From the NCBI RefSeq assembly GCF_003334335.1, contig NZ_QOWQ01000002.1: DNA of 64,000 nucleotides. One strand, 5' to 3'. The translations under genes were made by a program, and so were the position numbers. The stretch comes from Escherichia coli (GTDB lineage Bacteria > Pseudomonadota > Gammaproteobacteria > Enterobacterales > Enterobacteriaceae). The notes under the pieces are model-generated. The model saw only the letters and a list, made by a program, of their open reading frames with translations. It was not told the origin of the DNA and did no database searches. This document shows, one piece after another, positions 13,123-22,506 of the stretch (its first letter is position 1; each line of letters starts with the position of its first letter).

Positions 13123-13972
13123 ACGTGACGCCGGGCGCGAGGCGCTGGAGAAAAAAGGCTGGTGGCGCAGTCACCGTTGGCTGGTGTTACGTCGCCTTTG
13201 TCAGTTCTTCGTGCTGGGGATGTTTTTGAGCGGTCCATGGTTTGGTGTGTGGATCTTGCACGGCAACTACAGCAGTAGCCTGTTATTCGACACCGTTCCG
13301 CTGACCGATCCGCTGATGACGCTGCAAAGTCTTGCCAGTGGTCATCTGCCTGCCACGGTGGCGTTGACCGGTGCGGTGATTATCACCGTGCTCTACGCCC
13401 TGGCGGGAAAGCGATTATTTTGCAGCTGGGTCTGCCCGCTGAACCCGATTACCGACTTAGCGAACTGGTTACGCAGGCGCTTTGACCTCAATCAGTCTGC
13501 GACGATCCCTCGCCACATTCGCTACGTGCTGTTGGTGGTCATTCTGGTGGGATCAGCCTTAACTGGCACGCTCATTTGGGAATGGATCAACCCCGTTTCT
13601 CTGATGGGGCGTAGCCTGGTAATGGGCTTCGGCAGCGGCGCGCTGCTTATTCTCGCGCTGTTTTTATTTGATCTACTGGTCGTTGAACACGGCTGGTGCG
13701 GGCACATTTGTCCGGTTGGCGCGCTGTATGGCGTGCTGGGTAGCAAAGGTGTGATTACCGTTGCGGCCACCGATCGGCAGAAATGTAACCGCTGTATGGA
13801 TTGTTTTCATGTTTGCCCGGAACCGCATGTGCTACGTGCCCCGGTGCTGGATGAACAAAGCCCGGTGCAGGTCACCAGCCGCGATTGCATGACGTGCGGT
13901 CGCTGCGTGGATGTCTGTTCTGAGGATGTATTTACAATAACTACACGATGGAGTTCGGGAGCGAAATCATGA
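13109..13972 (+). CDS. napH: membrane-bound ferredoxin-type protein NapH
   Basis: 287-aa ORF with TM segments and C-terminal Cys clusters. Confidence 0.93.
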
Positions 13973-14418
13973 AAAGCCATGACCTGAAGAAAGCGCTGTG
14001 TCAATGGACGGCGATGCTGGCCCTGGTGGTAAGCGGCGCGGTTTGGGCGGCTAATGGCGTCGATTTTAGCCAGTCGCCGGAAGTATCCGGGACACAGGAA
14101 GGGGCCATTCGGATGCCAAAAGAGCAGGATCGGATGCCGCTGAACTATGTGAATCAGCCGCCAATGATCCCGCATAGCGTTGAAGGTTATCAGGTAACGA
14201 CCAATACCAATCGCTGCTTGCAGTGCCACGGTGTCGAAAGCTATCGCACCACTGGCGCGCCGCGTATCAGTCCTACTCACTTTATGGACAGCGACGGCAA
14301 AGTGGGCGCGGAAGTGGCTCCGCGTCGTTATTTCTGTCTGCAATGTCACGTACCGCAGGCCGATACCGCGCCAATCGTGGGGAATACCTTTACCCCATCA
14401 AAAGGTTACGGGAAATAA
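13969..14418 (+). CDS. napB: periplasmic nitrate reductase dihaem cytochrome c subunit NapB
   Basis: Track ORF 13948..14418; I use the ATG at 13969 ([13 protein letters not shown]..., 149 aa) with GGGAG SD; ATGA overlap with napH stop; two CxxCH haem motifs (CLQCH, CLQCH). Confidence 0.9.
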   Translation: MKSHDLKKALCQWTAMLALVVSGAVWAANGVDFSQSPEVSGTQEGAIRMPKEQDRMPLNYVNQPPMIPHSVEGYQVTTNTNRCLQCHGVESYRTTGAPRISPTHFMDSDGKVGAEVAPRRYFCLQCHVPQADTAPIVGNTFTPSKGYGK

Positions 14419-14427
14419 GAGGTTATT

Positions 14428-15030
14428 ATGGGAAATTCTGACCGTAAGCCTGGTCTGATTAAGCGCCTGTGGAAATGGTGGCGTACCCCCAGCCGTCTGG
14501 CGCTGGGGACGCTGCTGTTGATCGGTTTTGTTGGCGGCATCGTCTTCTGGGGTGGCTTTAACACCGGGATGGAAAAAGCCAATACCGAAGAGTTCTGCAT
14601 TAGCTGCCACGAAATGCGCAACACGGTGTATCAGGAATACATGGATTCCGTGCACTACAACAACCGTAGCGGCGTCCGTGCGACCTGTCCGGATTGTCAC
14701 GTTCCGCACGAGTTTGTGCCGAAGATGATACGCAAGCTCAAAGCAAGTAAAGAGCTGTATGGTAAAATTTTTGGCGTTATTGACACGCCGCAGAAATTTG
14801 AAGCTCATCGTCTGACGATGGCACAGAATGAGTGGCGGCGCATGAAGGACAATAACTCGCAGGAGTGCCGTAACTGTCACAACTTCGAGTATATGGATAC
14901 AACCGCCCAGAAATCGGTTGCCGCGAAGATGCATGACCAGGCGGTGAAAGATGGGCAAACCTGTATTGATTGCCATAAAGGGATAGCGCACAAGCTGCCC
15001 GATATGCGTGAAGTCGAGCCAGGTTTTTAA
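14428..15030 (+). CDS. napC: tetrahaem cytochrome c NapC (quinol dehydrogenase)
   Basis: 200-aa ORF with four CxxCH motifs (CISCH, CPDCH, CRNCH, CIDCH) and N-terminal TM anchor. Confidence 0.95.
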   Translation: MGNSDRKPGLIKRLWKWWRTPSRLALGTLLLIGFVGGIVFWGGFNTGMEKANTEEFCISCHEMRNTVYQEYMDSVHYNNRSGVRATCPDCHVPHEFVPKMIRKLKASKELYGKIFGVIDTPQKFEAHRLTMAQNEWRRMKDNNSQECRNCHNFEYMDTTAQKSVAAKMHDQAVKDGQTCIDCHKGIAHKLPDMREVEPGF

Positions 15031-15042
15031 CAGGGTTATTGC

Positions 15043-15666
15043 GTGGGTATGCTTGAAGCCAGAGAGTTACTTTGTGAGCGGGATGAACGAACCTTATTTA
15101 GTGGCTTGTCATTTACGCTGAACGCAGGAGAGTGGGTACAAATCACCGGTAGCAACGGCGCGGGGAAGACAACGCTTCTCCGTTTGCTGACGGGGTTGTC
15201 TCGCCCTGACGCAGGCGAGGTTCTCTGGCAAGGGCAGCCCTTGCATCAGGTACGCGACAGCTACCATCAAAACCTGTTATGGATAGGCCATCAGCCGGGG
15301 ATCAAAACCCGGCTGACGGCGTTAGAAAATCTGCACTTTTATCATCGCGATGGCGATACCGCACAATGTCTGGAAGCCCTGGCGCAGGCCGGGCTTGCCG
15401 GATTCGAAGATATTCCTGTAAATCAGCTCTCGGCCGGGCAACAACGCCGCGTCGCTTTAGCGCGTCTGTGGCTGACCCGTGCCACGTTATGGATCCTCGA
15501 CGAGCCTTTTACCGCGATTGACGTTAACGGTGTCGATCGTCTGACCCAGCGTATGGCGCAGCATACGGAGCAGGGGGGGATTGTGATTCTGACTACCCAC
15601 CAGCCGCTCAACGTTGCTGAAAGTAAAATTCGCCGCATTTCACTGACGCAAACGAGGGCCGCATGA
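15043..15666 (+). CDS. ccmA: cytochrome c maturation haem exporter ATP-binding protein CcmA
   Basis: 207-aa ORF, GTG start, Walker [13 protein letters not shown] signature LSAGQQRR. Confidence 0.93.
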   Translation: MGMLEARELLCERDERTLFSGLSFTLNAGEWVQITGSNGAGKTTLLRLLTGLSRPDAGEVLWQGQPLHQVRDSYHQNLLWIGHQPGIKTRLTALENLHFYHRDGDTAQCLEALAQAGLAGFEDIPVNQLSAGQQRRVALARLWLTRATLWILDEPFTAIDVNGVDRLTQRMAQHTEQGGIVILTTHQPLNVAESKIRRISLTQTRAA

Positions 15667-16325
15667 TGTTCTGGCGCATTTTCCGTCTTGAGCTGCGTGT
15701 AGCGTTTCGCCATAGCGCCGAAATCGCCAACCCGCTGTGGTTCTTCCTGATTGTAATTACCCTTTTTCCGCTCAGTATCGGTCCGGAGCCGCAACTGCTG
15801 GCGCGTATTGCACCGGGCATTATCTGGGTTGCTGCGCTGCTTTCATCCTTGCTGGCGCTGGAACGACTGTTCCGTGACGATTTGCAGGACGGCAGTCTTG
15901 AACAATTGATGTTGTTGCCGTTACCCTTGCCCGCCGTTGTGCTGGCGAAGGTGATGGCGCACTGGATGGTAACCGGTCTGCCGTTACTCATCCTTTCGCC
16001 ACTGGTAGCAATGCTACTGGGAATGGATGTTTATGGCTGGCAAGTGATGGCGCTGACGCTGCTGCTGGGAACGCCTACGCTTGGCTTTCTCGGTGCACCG
16101 GGCGTGGCGCTGACAGTGGGACTTAAGCGCGGTGGTGTGCTGCTCAGCATACTGGTGTTACCGCTGACTATCCCATTACTCATCTTTGCCACCGCCGCGA
16201 TGGACGCGGCTTCTATGCATTTGCCCGTTGACGGGTATCTGGCAATTTTAGGCGCGTTGCTGGCAGGCACCGCGACATTAAGTCCTTTTGCGACGGCGGC
16301 AGCGTTACGAATCAGCATTCAATAA
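15663..16325 (+). CDS. ccmB: haem exporter permease CcmB
   Basis: 220-aa hydrophobic ORF, 4-nt overlap with ccmA. Confidence 0.93.
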
Positions 16326-16366
16326 CGCTGGATTACTGATTTTTGTTCGAGTCTGGTATCGAAACT

Positions 16367-17104
16367 ATGTGGAAAACACTGCATCAACTGGCGATCCCAC
16401 CACGGCTGTATCAAATCTGTGGCTGGTTTATACCGTGGCTGGCAATTGCCAGTGTGGTCGTGCTTACCGTCGGCTGGATCTGGGGATTCGGCTTTGCTCC
16501 GGCTGATTATCAGCAGGGAAATAGCTACCGCATTATCTACCTGCATGTGCCTGCGGCGATCTGGTCGATGGGCATTTATGCATCAATGGCAGTGGCAGCG
16601 TTTATTGGCCTTGTCTGGCAGATGAAAATGGCCAACCTGGCGGTGGCGGCGATGGCCCCCATTGGTGCCGTGTTTACCTTTATTGCCCTGGTTACCGGCT
16701 CTGCATGGGGAAAACCGATGTGGGGCACCTGGTGGGTATGGGATGCACGTCTGACTTCTGAACTGGTGCTGCTGTTTTTGTATGTGGGTGTGATTGCCCT
16801 GTGGCACGCCTTCGACGACCGCCGTCTGGCGGGCCGTGCGGCAGGTATCCTGGTGCTGATTGGCGTGGTGAATCTGCCGATTATTCATTACTCCGTGGAG
16901 TGGTGGAACACCCTGCATCAGGGATCAACGCGGATGCAGCAAAGTATCGATCCGGCGATGCGTTCGCCGCTGCGCTGGTCGATTTTTGGCTTCCTGCTCC
17001 TGTCTGCCACGCTGACGCTGATGCGGATGCGTAATTTGATTTTGCTGATGGAAAAACGCCGTCCGTGGGTGAGTGAACTGATACTGAAAAGAGGCCGTAA
17101 ATGA
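16367..17104 (+). CDS. ccmC: haem exporter protein CcmC
   Basis: Track ORF 16343..17104; I use the ATG at 16367 (MWKTLHQLAIPPRLYQ..., 245 aa); WGxxWxWD tryptophan-rich motif present. Confidence 0.9.
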   Translation: MWKTLHQLAIPPRLYQICGWFIPWLAIASVVVLTVGWIWGFGFAPADYQQGNSYRIIYLHVPAAIWSMGIYASMAVAAFIGLVWQMKMANLAVAAMAPIGAVFTFIALVTGSAWGKPMWGTWWVWDARLTSELVLLFLYVGVIALWHAFDDRRLAGRAAGILVLIGVVNLPIIHYSVEWWNTLHQGSTRMQQSIDPAMRSPLRWSIFGFLLLSATLTLMRMRNLILLMEKRRPWVSELILKRGRK

Positions 17105-17310
17105 CCCCTGCATTTGCTTCCTGGAATGAATTTTTCGCAATGGGCGGTTACGCCTTTTTTGTCTGGCTGGCGGTGGTGATGACCGTTATTCCGCTGGTGG
17201 TTTTGGTCGTGCACTCGGTGATGCAACATCGCGCAATTCTGCGTGGCGTGGCGCAACAGCGGGCGCGTGAGGCGCGTTTACGTGCTGCGCAACAGCAGGA
17301 GGCTGCATGA
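17101..17310 (+). CDS. ccmD: haem exporter protein CcmD
   Basis: 69-aa ORF overlapping ccmC stop and ccmE start. Confidence 0.9.
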
Positions 17311-17786
17311 ATATTCGCCGTAAAAACCGCTTGTGGATTGCCTGTGCCGTGTTGGCAGGGCTGGCGCTGACTATCGGTCTGGTGCTATATGCGCTGCGCT
17401 CGAATATCGATCTCTTTTATACGCCGGGGGAAATTCTCTACGGCAAGCGTGAAACTCAGCAAATGCCGGAAGTCGGTCAGCGTCTGCGCGTTGGCGGGAT
17501 GGTGATGCCGGGTAGTGTGCAGCGCGATCCCAATTCGCTGAAAGTGACCTTCACCATTTACGATGCTGAAGGCTCAGTGGATGTCTCTTACGAAGGCATT
17601 TTGCCGGATCTGTTCCGTGAAGGGCAGGGCGTTGTGGTGCAGGGCGAACTGGAAAAAGGCAATCATATCCTCGCGAAAGAAGTGCTGGCGAAACACGATG
17701 AAAACTATACGCCGCCAGAAGTTGAGAAAGCGATGGAAGCTAACCACCGTCGCCCGGCGAGTGTTTATAAGGACCCAGCATCATGA
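17307..17786 (+). CDS. ccmE: haem chaperone CcmE
   Basis: 159-aa [22 protein letters not shown]... Confidence 0.93.
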
Positions 17787-19726
17787 TGCCAGAAATTGGT
17801 AACGGACTGCTGTGCCTGGCGCTGGGAATTGCGCTGCTGCTGTCCGTGTATCCGCTATGGGGCGTGGCGCGCGGAGATGCGCGCATGATGGCGTCTTCCC
17901 GCTTGTTTGCCTGGCTGCTGTTTATGTCTGTGGCTGGCGCATTTCTGGTGCTGGTCAATGCTTTCGTGGTCAACGACTTCACCGTCACCTATGTTGCCAG
18001 CAACTCCAATACCCAGCTTCCGGTGTGGTATCGCGTGGCGGCTACCTGGGGCGCGCATGAAGGCTCGCTACTGCTGTGGGTGCTGCTGATGAGCGGCTGG
18101 ACCTTTGCGGTGGCGATTTTTAGTCAGCGTATTCCGCTGGATATTGTGGCCCGTGTACTGGCGATAATGGGGATGGTCAGTGTCGGCTTTTTGCTGTTCA
18201 TTCTCTTTACCTCTAACCCGTTCTCTCGCACGTTGCCGAACTTCCCGATTGAAGGTCGCGATCTTAACCCGCTATTGCAGGATCCGGGGCTGATCTTCCA
18301 TCCGCCTCTGCTTTATATGGGGTACGTGGGTTTCTCGGTGGCGTTTGCTTTTGCCATTGCTTCTTTGCTGAGCGGGCGTCTGGACAGCACTTATGCGCGT
18401 TTTACTCGTCCGTGGACGCTGGCAGCGTGGATCTTCCTGACGCTTGGCATCGTGCTCGGTTCCGCATGGGCCTATTACGAACTCGGCTGGGGTGGCTGGT
18501 GGTTCTGGGATCCGGTAGAAAACGCCTCGTTTATGCCGTGGCTGGTGGGGACTGCGCTGATGCACTCACTGGCGGTCACTGAACAACGCGCCAGCTTCAA
18601 AGCGTGGACATTACTGCTGGCAATCAGTGCCTTCTCGTTGTGTCTGTTGGGGACTTTCCTCGTGCGTTCCGGCGTGCTGGTATCGGTACACGCGTTTGCG
18701 TCTGATCCGGCGCGCGGTATGTTTATCCTCGCCTTTATGGTGCTGGTGATTGGCGGTTCGCTGCTGCTGTTTGCCGCGCGTGGACACAAAGTTCGCTCAC
18801 GCGTAAACAATGCGCTGTGGTCGCGGGAATCTTTGCTGTTAGCGAACAATGTTTTGCTGGTCGCTGCGATGCTGGTGGTGTTGCTGGGGACGCTGCTGCC
18901 GTTGGTGCATAAGCAACTGGGACTGGGCAGTATTTCGATTGGCGAACCGTTCTTCAACACCATGTTTACCTGGCTGATGGTGCCGTTTGCGCTACTGCTT
19001 GGTGTCGGTCCTCTGGTGCGCTGGGGGCGGGATCGCCCGCGTAAGATCCGCAATTTATTGATTATCGCCTTCATCTCTACGCTGGTGCTGTCGCTGCTGT
19101 TGCCGTGGCTGTTCGAAAGCAAAGTTGTGGCGATGACGGTGCTCGGCCTGGCAATGGCCTGCTGGATTGCGGTGCTGGCAATTGCGGAAGCTGCGCTACG
19201 TATTTCACGCGGCACGAAAACCACCTTCAGTTATTGGGGGATGGTGGCGGCTCACCTTGGGCTGGCAGTGACAATTGTTGGCATTGCCTTTAGCCAGAAC
19301 TATAGCGTTGAGCGTGATGTGCGCATGAAGTCCGGCGATAGCGTCGATATTCATGAATATCGCTTCACCTTCCGTGATGTCAAAGAGGTGACTGGCCCGA
19401 ACTGGCGTGGCGGTGTGGCGACTATCGGCGTAACGCGCGATGGCAAGCCGGAAACGGTGCTGTATGCGGAAAAACGTTATTACAACACTGCCGGGTCGAT
19501 GATGACCGAAGCGGCAATTGACGGCGGCATCACGCGTGACCTGTACGCGGCCCTCGGTGAAGAGCTGGAAAACGGCGCGTGGGCCGTGCGTCTTTACTAC
19601 AAACCATTTGTTCGCTGGATTTGGGCGGGCGGGCTGATGATGGCGTTGGGCGGACTGCTGTGTCTGTTTGATCCTCGCTATCGTAAGCGCGTGAGTCCGC
19701 AAAAAACTGCGCCGGAGGCCGTATGA
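17783..19726 (+). CDS. ccmF: cytochrome c-type biogenesis haem lyase subunit CcmF
   Basis: 647-aa polytopic membrane ORF with W-rich motif (WGGWWFWD). Confidence 0.95.
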
Positions 19727-20280
19727 AGCGCAAAGTATTGTTAATTCCGTTGATTATCTTCCTGGCGATTGCCGCGGCGCTGCTGTGGCAGCTGGCGCGT
19801 AATGCCGAAGGGGATGATCCGACCAATCTGGAATCGGCGCTCATTGGCAAGCCTGTGCCGAAGTTTCGTCTCGAATCACTGGACAATCCGGGGCAGTTTT
19901 ATCAGGCGGATGTGCTGGCTCAGGGCAAACCAGTACTGCTTAACGTCTGGGCGACCTGGTGTCCGACCTGCCGTGCGGAACATCAATATCTGAATCAGCT
20001 TTCTGCGCAGGGCATCCGCGTGGTCGGCATGAACTATAAAGACGATCGCCAGAAGGCAATCAGCTGGCTGAAAGAGCTGGGCAATCCTTACGCGCTAAGC
20101 CTGTTTGATGGCGATGGCATGTTAGGGCTGGATCTCGGTGTCTATGGCGCGCCAGAAACGTTTCTTATTGACGGCAACGGCATCATTCGCTATCGCCATG
20201 CGGGCGATCTGAATCCTCGCGTCTGGGAAGAAGAGATCAAGCCGCTGTGGGAGAAATACAGTAAGGAGGCCGCACAATGA
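19723..20280 (+). CDS. ccmG: thiol:disulfide interchange protein CcmG/DsbE
   Basis: 185-aa ORF with thioredoxin WCPTC motif. Confidence 0.95.
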   Translation: MKRKVLLIPLIIFLAIAAALLWQLARNAEGDDPTNLESALIGKPVPKFRLESLDNPGQFYQADVLAQGKPVLLNVWATWCPTCRAEHQYLNQLSAQGIRVVGMNYKDDRQKAISWLKELGNPYALSLFDGDGMLGLDLGVYGAPETFLIDGNGIIRYRHAGDLNPRVWEEEIKPLWEKYSKEAAQ

Positions 20281-21329
20281 GGTTTTTATTGGGCGTGCTG
20301 ATGCTGATGATCTCCGGCTCAGCGCTGGCGACCATCGATGTGTTGCAGTTTAAAGATGAAGCACAGGAACAACAGTTCCGTCAGCTCACTGAAGAACTGC
20401 GCTGCCCGAAATGCCAGAACAACAGCATTGCCGATTCCAACTCGATGATTGCCACCGACCTGCGTCAGAAAGTGTATGAACTGATGCAGGAAGGTAAAAG
20501 TAAAAAAGAGATTGTCGATTATATGGTGGCGCGTTACGGCAACTTCGTCACTTACGATCCGCCGTTAACGCCGCTGACCGTGCTGCTGTGGGTGCTGCCA
20601 GTAGTGGCTATTGGCATTGGCGGTTGGGTCATATACGCCCGCTCGCGGCGTCGGGTACGCGTGGTGCCGGAAGCGTTTCCTGAACAAAGCGTGCCGGAAG
20701 GTAAGCGTGCCGGATATGTTGTTTATCTGCCGGGTATTGTGGTGGCGTTAATTGTGGCTGGCGTCAGCTACTACCAGACTGGCAATTATCAGCAGGTGAA
20801 AATCTGGCAGCAGGCCACGGCACAGGCTCCGGCGTTGCTGGACAGGGCGCTGGATCCGAAAGCCGATCCGCTCAACGAAGAAGAGATGTCGCGTCTTGCG
20901 CTGGGGATGCGTACTCAACTGCAAAAAAATCCGGGAGATATAGAAGGCTGGATTATGTTGGGCCGCGTTGGCATGGCGCTGGGTAACGCCAGTATCGCCA
21001 CCGATGCATACGCCACTGCGTATCGCCTCGATCCGAAAAACAGTGATGCTGCACTGGGATACGCTGAAGCGTTGACTCGTTCATCTGATCCCAACGACAA
21101 CCGCCTCGGCGGTGAACTGCTACGTCAGCTGGTGAGAACGGACCATAGCAATATCCGTGTGCTAAGCATGTATGCGTTTAATGCCTTTGAGCAGCAGCGA
21201 TTTGGCGAAGCCGTTGCCGCGTGGGAGATGATGTTGAAACTCTTACCTGCCAACGATACTCGCCGTGCGGTGATTGAACGTAGTATCGCGCAGGCGATGC
21301 AACATTTGTCGCCGCAGGAGAGTAAATAA
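20277..21329 (+). CDS. ccmH: cytochrome c-type biogenesis protein CcmH
   Basis: 350-aa ORF with LRCPKCQN motif and C-terminal TPR-like region. Confidence 0.93.
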   Translation: MRFLLGVLMLMISGSALATIDVLQFKDEAQEQQFRQLTEELRCPKCQNNSIADSNSMIATDLRQKVYELMQEGKSKKEIVDYMVARYGNFVTYDPPLTPLTVLLWVLPVVAIGIGGWVIYARSRRRVRVVPEAFPEQSVPEGKRAGYVVYLPGIVVALIVAGVSYYQTGNYQQVKIWQQATAQAPALLDRALDPKADPLNEEEMSRLALGMRTQLQKNPGDIEGWIMLGRVGMALGNASIATDAYATAYRLDPKNSDAALGYAEALTRSSDPNDNRLGGELLRQLVRTDHSNIRVLSMYAFNAFEQQRFGEAVAAWEMMLKLLPANDTRRAVIERSIAQAMQHLSPQESK

Positions 21330-21388
21330 AAAGAGGCCCGATGGTGATGCCATCGGGCTAGACTGTTGACAAAGTGCGCTTAGTTTAT

Positions 21389-21486
21389 GCCGGATGCGGC
21401 GTGAACGCCTTATCCGGCCTACAAAATTGTGTAAATTCAATAAATTGATCGATCCACGTAGGCCTGATAAGCGTAGCGCATCAGGC
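21389..21486. repeat. BIME: two REP palindromes in ccmH-narP intergenic region
   Basis: gccggatgcggcgtgaacgccttatccggc (21389-21418) and gtaggcctgataagcgtagcgcatcaggc (21458-21486). Confidence 0.85.
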
Positions 21487-21510
21487 AGTTTTGCGTTTGT
21501 CATAAATCTC

Positions 21511-21541
21511 AGCCCGATGATAAATCCATCGGGCTATTTTT
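21511..21541. terminator. hairpin plus T-run, likely bidirectional terminator for ccm operon and narP
   Basis: agcccgatg-ataaatc-catcgggct followed by ATTTTTATT on + strand; T-run overlaps narP stop codon. Confidence 0.6.
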
Positions 21542-22187
21542 ATTGTGCCCCGCGTTGTTGCAGGAACAGAATGGTGGCCGCCACGCGTGAGCGGACATTG
21601 AGTTTACGCAGCAGATTGCGAATATGTACTTTTACTGTCTGCTCGGAAATATTCAACACCGAGGCAATCTGTTTATTTGACAGCCCCTGTGCCAGCTCGT
21701 GCAGAACATCCAGCTCGCGCTCCGTCAGCACGCTGAAGGGATCTTCTTCCGCGCCAAACATTTCACGTTCACGTAAGTACTGATTGACGCGTTCGCTAAA
21801 GACTTTGCTGCCTTTCGCTCCGGCACGAATCGCTTCCAGCAATACTTCCGGGTCGCTGTCTTTCAACAGATAACCGTCTGCGCCTGCGTCTATCAGCGCA
21901 AAGACATCGCTGGAGGCATCGGATACGGTCAGGATAATAATTTGCGCGGTAACGCCATCCCTGCGCAAGGCATTGAGAGTATCCAGGCCACTCATACCTT
22001 TCATATTGAGATCCAGCAAGATCACGTCGATATCCAGTCTATTCGCCAGATCGATAGCGCTCGCGCCGTCGCCCGCTTCGGCGACCACTTCAAAGCCAGG
22101 ATCAAGCTCCAGTAACTGACGAACACCGCGTCGCATAAGTGGATGATCATCCACAATCATCACCTGAAAAGGCGTTGCTTCAGGCAT
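21540..22187 (-). CDS. narP: nitrate/nitrite response regulator NarP
   Basis: Track ORF 21540..22217; I use the ATG at 22187 (MPEATPFQVMIVDDHPLMRRG..., 215 aa) with AGGAG SD; receiver domain plus LuxR-type HTH. Confidence 0.92.
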   Translation of the reverse strand: MPEATPFQVMIVDDHPLMRRGVRQLLELDPGFEVVAEAGDGASAIDLANRLDIDVILLDLNMKGMSGLDTLNALRRDGVTAQIIILTVSDASSDVFALIDAGADGYLLKDSDPEVLLEAIRAGAKGSKVFSERVNQYLREREMFGAEEDPFSVLTERELDVLHELAQGLSNKQIASVLNISEQTVKVHIRNLLRKLNVRSRVAATILFLQQRGAQ

Positions 22188-22506
22188 AGTAGTCTCCTGA
22201 GGTTTTATTAGAATCATTATGTTTGAGCGTAGCGTTGGTAACGCTACCAGGCGCGTGAATGTTACCCCATTTTATGTATGGACATGTAGTGAAAACTACA
22301 ACCTTGTCGTTCGCTTTGGCATCATTTTCATTATAAAGACGGAATTTTGCATCAGCTTCTCATCAAGAAAAACAACTAAAAAATCAATCACAATACTTGT
22401 GCATTTCTTTAAACAGTTTTTAAAAACTGACTCCGGGTATGGAGCTATGGGTATTTTCTGTACCCAATGCTTTTAACAGCAATTAATTTCATAGGATGAA
22501 AGCTCA

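Noticed and set aside
18475-19224. 249-aa ORF on the minus strand
   Set aside because: Antisense to ccmF; Ser/Ala/Thr-rich low-complexity translation typical of the reverse frame of a GC-rich membrane protein gene.
22219-22476. 85-aa ORF in the narP-yejO intergenic region
   Set aside because: AT-rich promoter region with a hydrophobic low-complexity translation and no Shine-Dalgarno; more likely the yejO and narP divergent promoter region.
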